From NCBI GenBank assembly GCA_964398655.1, contig CAYNNG010000010.1, forward strand, positions 1 to 55,779: a stretch of 55,779 nt of DNA. Reading direction: 5' to 3'. Both the position numbers and the translations under genes were made by a program. Source of the stretch: an uncultured Oscillospiraceae bacterium. Its GTDB lineage: Bacteria > Bacillota > Clostridia > Saccharofermentanales > DTU023. Each line of letters begins with the position of its first letter. Within the stretch, counting starts at the first letter, position 1. The notes under the pieces are model-generated. The model saw only the letters and a program-made list of their open reading frames with translations, did not search any database and had not been told where the DNA came from. Shown here piece by piece: positions 1-9,271 of the stretch.

Positions 1-194
1 GGCTCCACAACGTGCTTTCAATTTTTCTGGTTAGTTAGTAACTGTCAAACTCCCGCTGCTGAACCTATTGCTGAAGCAGGCTGACAAGTGTTATCATCTT
101 AACGCTGGTGAAAGTTAGTCTTGGGCCTTAAATGAGCACCTGGCTCAGACTTTCTCGTAAATAGATAAGAGAACAGATAGTAGAGGAGAAACTC

Positions 195-641
195 ATGACG
201 TTATTACAGTTTATGGTCTTAGGTCAAGCCGGAGGCACCGAAGCCGCACCTGGCGGCAGCATGTTAGGCATGTTCTTGCCCCTGATCATTGTCTTCGCCC
301 TAATGTACTTTATTACTATTCGTCCTCAAAAGAAGAAGGATGAAGAGTTGCGGAAGCAAATTAATGCCATGCAGGTGGGGGATGAAGTCATCACCATCGG
401 CGGTATCACCGGCCGAATTTTTAATATTCAAGATGATGAAGTTACGGTTTCTACGAGTGTGCAGAATACCCTCATGACCTTCAAAAAATCTGCTATCGCT
501 CATGTGATGAGCCAATCCGCCAAGGCAGAAGCCCAGCAGCGTAAGGCGGAAGCTGAAGCTAAGGCTAAGACCGCAGAAGAAAAGCCCAAAAAAGCTTCCT
601 TCATGGACAAGCTGAGAGGCAAAGAAGATAAAGAAGACTAA
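195..641 (+). CDS. yajC: preprotein translocase subunit YajC
   Basis: 148-aa ORF with a single TM (FLPLIIVFALMYFI) followed by IRPQKKK...VGDEVITIGGITGRI, typical of YajC. GAGGAG lies 7 nt upstream of the ATG. The C-terminal tail is Lys/Ala/Glu-rich. Confidence 0.85.
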   Translation: MTLLQFMVLGQAGGTEAAPGGSMLGMFLPLIIVFALMYFITIRPQKKKDEELRKQINAMQVGDEVITIGGITGRIFNIQDDEVTVSTSVQNTLMTFKKSAIAHVMSQSAKAEAQQRKAEAEAKAKTAEEKPKKASFMDKLRGKEDKED

Positions 642-776
642 CCAGTAAGCTGCTTTCAGTCTTATAAGCTTTCCTTAGCTGCCCTGGGTCCTTGATCTGA
701 GGCAGCTTTGCTTTAGGGGGATGGCGGACAATTTTACGTAGTATTAATTGCAGCGTTAAAAGAAGGATGATGAGTA

Positions 777-2585
777 TTGGCCTTTATTCCCCAAAACATA
801 ATTGATGAAGTAATTGCCCGCAACAGTATTGAAGGGGTAGTGGGGGACTATGTGCGCTTGGAGCGCAAAGGCGGACAAAATCTTTTTGGCCTTTGTCCCT
901 TCCATGGAGAAAAAACGCCTTCCTTCTCCGTCAACACAAGCAAGCAGTTTTTCTATTGTTTTGGCTGCCATGCCGGCGGCAATGTAATTAAATTTATTCA
1001 AATGATAGAAAATCTGAACTTCCCCGATGCAGTAGCCTTCCTAGCCAAACGGGCTGGTATGGAGCTTAATCTGGAAGATGAGCCAGAGGCGCGCAAAAAG
1101 CAGGCAGAATACAAACAAATGCAGGCTTGCCTTTTAGATGCGGCTAGATTCTTCTATCATAGCTATAAGTCTCCCCAAGGCCAAAAGGCGGAAAACTATA
1201 TGCAAGTAAAACGCAGATTAAGTCCCGCTATCCTGACGACTTTTGGTATAGGCTATGCGCCTGATTCTTGGGACGCCCTCAGCTCAACTCTGCTTAAGGC
1301 TTACCCGGAGAAAATCTTACTCGATCTGGGCTTGACCCGTAAGTCTAGCAAGGGGAGTTATTACGACTTCTTTCGGGATCGCGTGATCTTTCCGGTGTTT
1401 GACCATTTAGGCCGTTTGCGGGCCTTTGGCGGCCGTATTATGGGCCAGGGCGACGCCAAGTACATCAACTCTCCCGATTCCCGCATCTATAACAAGGGGA
1501 AATACCTGTATGCCCTCAATTTTGCACGCAAGGACAGCCGTGACTTCCTGATTCTTACGGAAGGCTATATGGATACCATCGCCCTGCACGAGTCGGGCTT
1601 TACCAATACGGTCGCAGGGCTGGGCACGGCTCTTACTTCCAGTCAGGCCCGGTTGCTAAGTCAGTACACCAGACAGGTGATTCTTGCTTATGATGCGGAT
1701 GGAGCTGGCCGCAATGCAGCTCTTAAAGCCTTGGAGCTGCTCTCCAGAGAACAAGTTGATTGCAGGGTTCTGGTCATGCCCAATGGACAAGATCCTGATG
1801 AATTTATCCATGAAAATGGCAAGGAACGCTTCCAAGGTTTGTTAAATCAGGCTCTCCCTGCTTTAGACTACCGTATTTATTTGGCCAAGCAGGCAGCTTC
1901 CACTAATCTAGGCAGTTTAGATATCCTCGCGTATCAGGAGGCGGTGACGGATCTTCTGTCACAAGAGTCCAGCCCTGTAGTGCGGGAACTTTACGCGGAT
2001 AAGCTAGCCAGGGAAATAGCAGTCTCCCCAGCCAGCATCTTGCAGGTTATCGAAAAGAAGCGAGTCAAAGAAGCCGCTCCAGTTTCCAGCCCTGACTTAA
2101 GCCTTGAGCCCAAGCTGCAGCGGGTAGATTTTGAATTTGACCAGGCTAGCTTGACCTATTTGAATGCCTTAATTGAAGATAACAGCCTCCTTAGGAATCC
2201 CGAATTAAAGGCTGAGGCGGAAGATTTCCCTGTCGGCCTCCGGGACTTGATGGCCCAGGCATTAAAGCTAGCAGAAGAAGGCAAACTTACGATGCCGGAT
2301 TTCTTAGGCCTCCTAGATCAGGCAGGAGGGGGAGAAAAGCTCTCGCGCAGTATTTTGCCCTACTTTTCACGCCTGACGAAAGCTAAACTGCGGGCCCGAG
2401 AAGACTATGCCCTAGAGGCTTTGCGCCTCTTAAGGCTTGACCGTTTGAATGAACAAAGAGACGCGGCCCTTCAGGAGATTGAAAGAGCTAGTGACCAGGC
2501 CAGCCAACAAGCGGCCCTCAATAAATTAAATGATCTTAACCTAGCACTTAACACATTAAGAAATGAGGTACAGCATGACCAATAA
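777..2585 (+). CDS. dnaG: DNA primase DnaG
   Basis: Zinc-finger motif [13 protein letters not shown]...YCFGCHAGG, then a TOPRIM region ([19 protein letters not shown]). TTG start. Classic position upstream of sigA. Confidence 0.95.
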   Translation: MAFIPQNIIDEVIARNSIEGVVGDYVRLERKGGQNLFGLCPFHGEKTPSFSVNTSKQFFYCFGCHAGGNVIKFIQMIENLNFPDAVAFLAKRAGMELNLEDEPEARKKQAEYKQMQACLLDAARFFYHSYKSPQGQKAENYMQVKRRLSPAILTTFGIGYAPDSWDALSSTLLKAYPEKILLDLGLTRKSSKGSYYDFFRDRVIFPVFDHLGRLRAFGGRIMGQGDAKYINSPDSRIYNKGKYLYALNFARKDSRDFLILTEGYMDTIALHESGFTNTVAGLGTALTSSQARLLSQYTRQVILAYDADGAGRNAALKALELLSREQVDCRVLVMPNGQDPDEFIHENGKERFQGLLNQALPALDYRIYLAKQAASTNLGSLDILAYQEAVTDLLSQESSPVVRELYADKLAREIAVSPASILQVIEKKRVKEAAPVSSPDLSLEPKLQRVDFEFDQASLTYLNALIEDNSLLRNPELKAEAEDFPVGLRDLMAQALKLAEEGKLTMPDFLGLLDQAGGGEKLSRSILPYFSRLTKAKLRAREDYALEALRLLRLDRLNEQRDAALQEIERASDQASQQAALNKLNDLNLALNTLRNEVQHDQ

Positions 2586-3915
2586 GAAGACCGACCCAGA
2601 CAAACAAGCCACAGATCTGGAACAAGCAGCGGACTCTGCCTTAACTGAAGATAGCAAACAGGCCAAGAAGACTAAGACCGAAGCAGGAGAAAGCACGCGG
2701 GAAAAAGTTAACATGGCTGGCGTGGATATTTATATTCCCCCCATCAAAAAGAGACCCAAGCGCAATCGTGATGAGTTTAAAGGCCTTGACTCCTCCTTGG
2801 ACGAAGCCAAAGAGGATGACGACGATGATGAATTACTTAGCCTAGAGGATCAAACCGCCAACAAAGCCTCAGCTAAGCAGGTCATGGATGTCTTGATTTC
2901 TCGAGCCAAAAAACACAACAAACAAATTCCTCAGCAAGAAGTCTTGGATTATTTTGAAGACCTAAACTTGGATGAGGAGCTCTTAGACGATGTGATTGAC
3001 GGACTGGAAAAGTCTGGCATTACCGTTTCAGAAGATGATGACAGTACGGGAGAGCTGCCGAAACGACAGACCGTAGATGATATCATCATGGTTGATGACC
3101 CTGTGCGGATGTACCTTAAAGAGATTGGTAAGGTAGACCTCCTGACTGCGGAAGAAGAACGTGAATTGGCCGCTCGGATGTCCGCAGGCGATGAGGAAGC
3201 CAAGCAGCACCTAACTGAGGCCAACTTGCGTCTGGTAGTTTCTATTGCCAAACGATACACGGGCCGGGGGCTGCAATTCCTAGACCTGATTCAAGAGGGT
3301 AACTTAGGCTTAATTAAAGCTGTAGATAAATTCGACTACCACAAGGGCTTTAAGTTCTCTACCTATGCGACGTGGTGGATTCGCCAAGCTATCACCAGGT
3401 CAATCGCTGACCAGGCCCGGACGATCCGTATTCCGGTCCATATGGTTGAAACAATCAACAAACTTGTCCGTCACCAAAGACAGCTCTTGCAAGAACTGGG
3501 CCGGGAGCCAGAACCCGAAGAAATTGCTGAACGTATGGGCATCTCGGTTGAGCGTGTGCGGGAAATCCAGAAGATCTCCCAGATTCCGGTTTCTCTAGAG
3601 AAGCCCATTGGCGAAGAAGAAGACAGTCAATTGGGCGACTTTATTGAAGATGAAGACGCCCAATCTCCCGCTGAGCAAGCCTCTTATACTCTGTTGCGTG
3701 AACAGCTGTTTGAAGTCTTAAAAGAACTAACTCCTAGGGAAGAAGAGGTCCTGAAGCTGCGCTTTGGCCTAGAAGACGGACGTACCCGTACCTTGGAAGA
3801 AGTGGGCCGGGAGTTTAATGTTACGCGCGAACGTATACGTCAGATAGAAGCTAAGGCTCTGCGTAAATTACGTCATCCTAACCGCAGTCGGAAACTCAAG
3901 GATTACTTGGATTAG
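2575..3915 (+). CDS. sigA: primary RNA polymerase sigma factor (SigA/RpoD)
   Basis: Regions 2-4 are recognisable ([52 protein letters not shown]). I chose the ATG at 2575 because GAGG lies 7 nt upstream; the ORF-track start at 2563 remains possible. Confidence 0.93.
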   Translation: MTNKKTDPDKQATDLEQAADSALTEDSKQAKKTKTEAGESTREKVNMAGVDIYIPPIKKRPKRNRDEFKGLDSSLDEAKEDDDDDELLSLEDQTANKASAKQVMDVLISRAKKHNKQIPQQEVLDYFEDLNLDEELLDDVIDGLEKSGITVSEDDDSTGELPKRQTVDDIIMVDDPVRMYLKEIGKVDLLTAEEERELAARMSAGDEEAKQHLTEANLRLVVSIAKRYTGRGLQFLDLIQEGNLGLIKAVDKFDYHKGFKFSTYATWWIRQAITRSIADQARTIRIPVHMVETINKLVRHQRQLLQELGREPEPEEIAERMGISVERVREIQKISQIPVSLEKPIGEEEDSQLGDFIEDEDAQSPAEQASYTLLREQLFEVLKELTPREEEVLKLRFGLEDGRTRTLEEVGREFNVTRERIRQIEAKALRKLRHPNRSRKLKDYLD

Positions 3916-3933
3916 CGACAGGCTAGGGTAAAG

Positions 3934-4644
3934 ATGAGCGAAGTCTTATTGCAGCCGCCCAAACTCATGCCCAGGCTGCAACATATCAAAGATTTGATCA
4001 GTCCCTGCGGTCGGCTCTGGGATATTGGCTGTGACCATGGCTTTTTGGGCATCAACATGTACCTCACGGGTGCTTGCCAAAAAGCCATCCTCACAGACCT
4101 TAAAGCTAAGCCTTTAGCAGAGGCGAAAAAACTTGCGCGGTCTTACGGTTTGGGACCAGATCAGGTCTCCTTACTTTTAGGAAATGGCTTTGCAGGCCAG
4201 GAACCCAGACCAGGTGACACGGTGGTGATAGCCGGCATGGGAGCTTACCAAATCAGGTCTATCCTGCAGAGTATTGATCTGGGGCAAGACCTAAGCATCT
4301 GCCTGCATCCAACCTGGAATCGTGAAGTGCTGCGCCGTTATTTGGCCGGCCAAGGTTTTACGATTCAAGAAAGTTTGGTGCAGGATCGTGGCAGGACCTA
4401 CAGCATTTTTTACTTGCAAAGGGGAGGGGAGGTCCGTGATCTGAGCCTAGCCGCTGCGGCAATTGGCGAAGCCTGGCTGGCGGACAGCCCTATTTACCAG
4501 GATTACTTGGCCCGCGAGCCTGAGCTCCTGCACGCGTGGTTAGCTTATCTAGCCCGGGTTTACGCTAAAAGACGCCGCAAGGATCCGTCTTACGATGCGG
4601 TTTACCAACAAATCCTAGACCTACTTCCTCCGCTTACCTTATAA
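3934..4644 (+). CDS. trmK: tRNA (adenine22-N1)-methyltransferase TrmK-like
   Basis: SAM-methyltransferase motif DIGCDHGFLG near the N-terminus, about 236 aa, in the conserved position after sigA (yqfN/trmK in Bacillus). Confidence 0.75.
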   Translation: MSEVLLQPPKLMPRLQHIKDLISPCGRLWDIGCDHGFLGINMYLTGACQKAILTDLKAKPLAEAKKLARSYGLGPDQVSLLLGNGFAGQEPRPGDTVVIAGMGAYQIRSILQSIDLGQDLSICLHPTWNREVLRRYLAGQGFTIQESLVQDRGRTYSIFYLQRGGEVRDLSLAAAAIGEAWLADSPIYQDYLAREPELLHAWLAYLARVYAKRRRKDPSYDAVYQQILDLLPPLTL

Positions 4645-4652
4645 TAGGCTCA

Positions 4653-5002
4653 TTCCGAGTTAACCGGGCAATCGCGGGGCTCTAGCGAAAGCTGGGCCGT
4701 GAGGAAAGTCCGGGCTCCATAGGACAAGGGTGCCGGGTAACTCCCGGTGAAGGCAACTTTAAGGAAAGTGCAACAGAAAGATACCGCCAGGCTCCCTGCC
4801 TGGTAAGGGTGAAATGGCGAGGTAAGAGCTCACCGGCAAGCTGGAGACAGCTTGGCCCTGCAAACCCCACCTGGAGCAACACCGTGGCGAGACATATACT
4901 GTGGTCCGCAGGTCTCAAGGAGGTGGCTGGAGCCGGGGTGAGAGCCTCGGCCTAGATAGATGATTGCCCCTGACAGAACCCGGCTTACAGGTTTTCTCGG
5001 AA
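4653..5002 (+). ncRNA. rnpB: RNase P RNA, bacterial type A
   Basis: Universal core GAGGAAAGTCCGGGCTCCATAGG, then AGTGCAACAGAAAGATACCGCC, GGTAAGGGTGAAA and ACAGAACCCGGCTTA. The P1 helix pairs CCGAGTTAACC (4655-4665) with GGTTTTCTCGG (4990-5000). Ends are good to about +/-5 nt. Confidence 0.93.
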
Positions 5003-5024
5003 TTACTTTTGTAAGGAAGATAGT

Positions 5025-8000
5025 ATGCAAGATACAAGTATGGCTTCGTCCACATTTCCCGCTGTCCCGGGAGCGCACTCTTCTCAGGACTTGGCTGCCG
5101 TCAGCCGTAAGTATTCCCGGCAAAGAACTTTATTAGCTTTCTTTATCCCCATTGTGGTGATGTTTTTTGCCTTTGGTATTCAAGGAGTTTTTCCCTTTGG
5201 CAACCACCACATTCTTACGGTTGACCTATTCCATCAATATGCCCCTTTCCTGAGTGACTTCCGCCAAAAACTTTTGAGCGGCGATTCGTGGTTTTTTACT
5301 TGGTCTGGCGGCTTGGGCGTGAACTTCTATGCCCTTTATGCTTATTACCTAGCGTCGCCCTTAAACTTTCTTGCTTTGATTTTCCCAGACCAGCTGCTTT
5401 CTGAGTTGGTCTTAGTTTTAGTGCTCCTGAAAATTGGCCTGGCGGGTGCCAGTTTCCACTTCTTTCTGCGTGATTATTACCACCGCGATGGACCTCTTTG
5501 CCTGGGCTTTGCGGTAGCCTATGCTTTAAGCGGCTATACTATGGCCTACTTTTTTAACATCATGTGGCTAGACACCCTCTATTGTCTGCCGCTTTTAGCC
5601 TGGAGTATGACTAAACTTATCCGCAAGCAGGTCTATACACCATATGTCCTTATCTTGGCCTTAACTCTTATAAGCAATTTTTATACGGGCTTCTTCGCTT
5701 GCTTTTTTTGCTTCTTTTTCTTTTTTGTTTTACTATCTCGAGAAAATTTAGCCAGTGGTAAGGATAAATTTTTAACTTTTGCCCGGGTGGCCATAGCCAC
5801 AATTTTTGGCTTAGCCTTGAGCGCTATTACCTTATATCCCACGCTTAAAGCGATGGGGCTGACTTCTGCGGTGGGTGATAGCTTCCCCACAGATTACAGC
5901 ATGAAGTTTGCCGATCTGGATTTTCTGTCCCGCCTGATTCCACTTTCCAGTGTTTCCGTGCGCGACGGTATGGCTAACATCTTCTGTGGAAGTTTTGTCC
6001 TGATCTTGCTATTAGCTCTAGCCAAGTCAAGAAGTATGAAATGGCAGCAAAAAGCCGCCAGCTTTACCCTCCTCATCTTCCTCTTCGCCAGCCTCAATAA
6101 CAATGTCCTGAACTTTATCTGGCACGGCCTGCATTTTCCCAACCAGCTGCCTTACCGCAACTCTTTTGTGCTGGTCTTTTACCTCTTGTTCTTAGCTTAT
6201 GATGCCTTACCCCGGCTTCGAGAATTCTCTTCCGAGTTTATGCTGAAGGTGACGGGGCTCTATACTTTGCTCTACCTGCTTCTGCTTAAAATCGATGAGC
6301 GGAGCTTTGCGCAGTTATCGGTGTATGTGGGGATTGCCCTCCTGCTTCTTTATGGTTTGCTTTTTGCCCGCTTTACCAGAAGACCTAAGCGTACTGAGCA
6401 GGCGGCACGGCCGCGCAGTCCATTAGCCCACCGCAAGCACTTACAGACGGTATCCTATTTGCTCTTAGCCCTGATGCTGTTTGAGCTCACCCTGAATGCG
6501 TTTGTGTCCATTGATAAGTTCGAGAACGCTGAGTATTTTGGAGTTCGAAAAGGCTATAGCCAGGGGGAAGAAGTAGCAAAACTGCGCTCCGCTATAGCTA
6601 AATTTCAGAAGGCAGATCCCAACCAACTGGTGCGGATGGAAATCAAACCAGACAAGTGCGTTAATGATGCCATGCTTTACCGCTCCAATGGCGTGACCAT
6701 TTTCTCTTCGACCGTTCCCCATAACCCTGTAAAATACATGTCAAAATTAGGCTATGCGAACAACGGAATAAATAGTTATCAATACTCAGGCGGAACCCCG
6801 GTGCTGGATTCTCTGCTGGGTTTGCGCTATATCGTTCATCGCGACGGCAATCAGATTCAGGACGGGATTTATAATAAGGTTTTTGAGGACGGACCCATTC
6901 AAGTTTGGGAGAATACCCAGGCCTTGCCGGTGGCATTCTTGGCTGATGCCTCTAAGCTTGAGCTTACGCAAGTGCTGGGCCAGGAAGCTCCAGAAGATAC
7001 CAACCTTGCTGTGGGCAACACCAGTGCCTTCCAGTATCAGAGCCGCATGTTCAGTGACCTAAGCGGACAAGATAGCCAGCCGTTATTTATTCCCCTAACC
7101 TTTGATGACAATACATTTTCCGTTGATGGCCTTAGTGCTACGAACCAGAACGGAAGCATACACATTACCCGCAATGGCATTTACAATTCGACTTTTACCC
7201 AGCCTTTTACGGTGGAAGAAGCGGGTTATTACTATATGGATTGGAATTTATCCGGCTTAAGTCTGCGGGAAATCAATCTGATTGAACTTGATAAATCTAT
7301 AAAACGGGTAGGCCATAAGTCCCAGGGTTTTGGAGAGCTGGGTTATTTGGAAGAAGGCACTGAACTCAAGTTACAATTTGACTTGGCCAGCTCCGACAGC
7401 CTTGATGGCAGCGGGGACCTCAACTTCCATGTGGTCCGCCTGGATAAAGAAGTATATGATCAAGGCATGGATGCTTTGCACCAGCGCAAGAGCGAACTGG
7501 TGGCCTACACCAGCAATTCGCTTAGGGTGCAAACTCAAGATCCCGATCCTGGTATACTTTTTGTGTCCACTACTGATAACCCAGGCTGGAAGGCCAGACT
7601 GGATGGGCAAGAAGTTCCTATTTATGTCCTATATGACGCTTTCTTAGGCGTAGCAGTACCAGCCGGAGCTCATGAGCTGGAATTAACATTTACGCCTCCC
7701 GGCTTTGACACGGGAGCAATACTGAGTGGGATAGCCTTGGTCTTTACGCTAGGCTTGGCGGTCTTAGATATACTGGCCGTAAAGCGCAGGAAAAGTCCGG
7801 CACAAGCGCCTTCCACGGCCCCTAGACACAGAGCTGAACCTCAGCCCAATCCCAGTTTAGAAGCAGGCTGGCCCCGGCACTTCACCTTACAAACTCAGGT
7901 GCCCCAGATGGGAAGGCCGGAAGAAACTGGCCAAGAAACAAGCCCGGCAGACCATAGGTCAAGTCAGGGCACTAGTGAGCAAAATTCAGATACTCAGCAA

Positions 8001-8042
8001 CTTGAAGATTCTAAAGCAAAGGATGATAGCGCAAATGACTAA
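5025..8042 (+). CDS. YfhO-family polytopic membrane protein (putative glycosyltransferase)
   Basis: N-terminal signature GVFPFGNHHILTVDLFHQYAPF...GGLGVNFYALYAYYLASPLNF, many TM segments, a large extracytoplasmic domain, a final TM, and an approximately 90-aa low-complexity tail. Confidence 0.8.
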   Translation: MQDTSMASSTFPAVPGAHSSQDLAAVSRKYSRQRTLLAFFIPIVVMFFAFGIQGVFPFGNHHILTVDLFHQYAPFLSDFRQKLLSGDSWFFTWSGGLGVNFYALYAYYLASPLNFLALIFPDQLLSELVLVLVLLKIGLAGASFHFFLRDYYHRDGPLCLGFAVAYALSGYTMAYFFNIMWLDTLYCLPLLAWSMTKLIRKQVYTPYVLILALTLISNFYTGFFACFFCFFFFFVLLSRENLASGKDKFLTFARVAIATIFGLALSAITLYPTLKAMGLTSAVGDSFPTDYSMKFADLDFLSRLIPLSSVSVRDGMANIFCGSFVLILLLALAKSRSMKWQQKAASFTLLIFLFASLNNNVLNFIWHGLHFPNQLPYRNSFVLVFYLLFLAYDALPRLREFSSEFMLKVTGLYTLLYLLLLKIDERSFAQLSVYVGIALLLLYGLLFARFTRRPKRTEQAARPRSPLAHRKHLQTVSYLLLALMLFELTLNAFVSIDKFENAEYFGVRKGYSQGEEVAKLRSAIAKFQKADPNQLVRMEIKPDKCVNDAMLYRSNGVTIFSSTVPHNPVKYMSKLGYANNGINSYQYSGGTPVLDSLLGLRYIVHRDGNQIQDGIYNKVFEDGPIQVWENTQALPVAFLADASKLELTQVLGQEAPEDTNLAVGNTSAFQYQSRMFSDLSGQDSQPLFIPLTFDDNTFSVDGLSATNQNGSIHITRNGIYNSTFTQPFTVEEAGYYYMDWNLSGLSLREINLIELDKSIKRVGHKSQGFGELGYLEEGTELKLQFDLASSDSLDGSGDLNFHVVRLDKEVYDQGMDALHQRKSELVAYTSNSLRVQTQDPDPGILFVSTTDNPGWKARLDGQEVPIYVLYDAFLGVAVPAGAHELELTFTPPGFDTGAILSGIALVFTLGLAVLDILAVKRRKSPAQAPSTAPRHRAEPQPNPSLEAGWPRHFTLQTQVPQMGRPEETGQETSPADHRSSQGTSEQNSDTQQLEDSKAKDDSAND

Positions 8043-8532
8043 ACGTACAAACTACTTGAATTGGCATGACTTTTTTATGGGAGTGGCCTTATTGGCTGCC
8101 AAAAGATCAAAAGATCCTGGTACCCAGGTCGGGGCCTGCATCGTGGATGAAGATAATAAAATTGTTTCTGTAGGCTATAATGGCATGCCTTTGGGCTGTT
8201 CCGACGATGAATTCTCCTGGGATAGGGAAGGGGATTACCTGGACACAAAGTACCCCTACGTTTGTCACGCAGAGCTGAATGCTATTTTGAATGCATCTAG
8301 CCCCAAAATGAAGAACTGCCGTATTTATGTAGCTCTGTTTCCTTGTAATGAATGCACCAAGGCGATTATTCAGTCAGGCATTAAAGAGGTAATTTACTTA
8401 TCGGACAAGTATGCGGAATCTGATCAAATTAAGGCTTCTAAGCGTATGATGGAGGCAGCGGGCGTGAAATATACCGCCCTCCAGCCAGAAATTGCCAGTC
8501 TGGAGCTCTCTTACGATGCGTCTACGATTTAG
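8035..8532 (+). CDS. comEB: dCMP deaminase (ComEB family)
   Basis: Zinc-binding motifs HAELNAI and PCNECTKAIIQSGI. The ATG at 8035 overlaps the yfhO stop (ATGACTAA). The upstream part of the 7975 ORF lies inside yfhO. Confidence 0.88.
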   Translation: MTKRTNYLNWHDFFMGVALLAAKRSKDPGTQVGACIVDEDNKIVSVGYNGMPLGCSDDEFSWDREGDYLDTKYPYVCHAELNAILNASSPKMKNCRIYVALFPCNECTKAIIQSGIKEVIYLSDKYAESDQIKASKRMMEAAGVKYTALQPEIASLELSYDASTI

Positions 8533-9271
8533 GCGGCCCAGGGTCAGATTGGCTGTCCTTAAGGAGGAGCTTTAAGTCCCTCACTTCCTTGGGGGTAAGT
8601 TCACGGTAGTGGCCCAGAGGAAGGTTACCCAAATCAATATTCATAATCCGTCGCCTTTGCAGGTAAACTACTTGGTAGCCCAGCGCCTCGCACATGCGGC
8701 GGATTTGTCTATTCAAGCCCTGACTCAAGACTAAGCGAAAACGTCGGGAAGAGATGGGCTTAAGCTTGGTAGGCAGGGTAGTTTGACCCAGAATTTCAAC
8801 GCCTTGCTGCATCTGGCGGATAAAGTCTTGGTCGTAATCCTTATCGACTTCTACCAGGTATTCTTTTTCATGACGGTTTTGCGCTCGTAAAATTTTATTC
8901 ACGATGGATCCGTCGTCCGTAAGTAAGATCAGGCCTTCTGAATCGCGGTCTAAGCGGCCAATGTGGAAGACGCGTTTAGGATAATTGAGGTAGTCTATGA
9001 TGTTATCACGCCGCCGGCGGTCGGAAGTACAGGTGATACCTTGCGGTTTATTAAGTGCGAGATAGACATATTCTTCTTCTGGCGTACGCGCGGCTACGAG
9101 TTTGCCATCTACCCGGACCTCGGCTTGACCAGGCAAAATTTTTTGGCCCAGTACTGCTATGTGGCCATCCACACTTACCCGACCTGCCTCAATCAGGCGG
9201 TCACCCTCGCGCCGGCTGCAATAGCCGGCATCTGAAAGAAAACGATTGAGCCGCATGGCTTGATCAGTCAT
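8522..9271 (-). CDS. RsuA/RluF-family rRNA pseudouridine synthase
   Basis: S4 domain (MRLNRFLSDAGYCSRREGDRLIEAGRVSVDG) and catalytic motif HIGRLDRDSEGLILLT. I chose the ATG at 9271 because AGGAG lies 6 nt upstream. Confidence 0.88.
   Translation of the reverse strand: MTDQAMRLNRFLSDAGYCSRREGDRLIEAGRVSVDGHIAVLGQKILPGQAEVRVDGKLVAARTPEEEYVYLALNKPQGITCTSDRRRRDNIIDYLNYPKRVFHIGRLDRDSEGLILLTDDGSIVNKILRAQNRHEKEYLVEVDKDYDQDFIRQMQQGVEILGQTTLPTKLKPISSRRFRLVLSQGLNRQIRRMCEALGYQVVYLQRRRIMNIDLGNLPLGHYRELTPKEVRDLKLLLKDSQSDPGPPKS

Noticed and set aside
68-97. Possible yajC promoter TTGCTG-N18-TATCAT with an extended TG.
   Set aside because: The match is plausible but weak (18-nt spacer, poor -35). The region may still belong to the 3' end of an upstream gene that is outside the window.
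4682-5123. Minus-strand ORFs of 78 and 97 aa (4682-4918 and 4830-5123).
   Set aside because: They lie antisense to and entirely over the RNase P RNA gene. The open frames are a by-product of the GC-rich structured RNA sequence.
5690-5745. T-rich homopolymer runs (T7, T5, T6) inside yfhO as a possible phase-variation tract.
   Set aside because: The runs are short and simply encode a poly-Phe TM segment (FFACFFCFFFFFVLL). There is no evidence of slippage.
7975-8034. Upstream extension of the dCMP deaminase ORF. The same applies to the upstream extensions at 2563, 12014, 22813, 27619, 33003, 41713 and 44843.
   Set aside because: In each case an internal ATG has a much better SD and matches the usual N-terminus of the family. 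The extensions overlap the preceding gene or an intergenic region.
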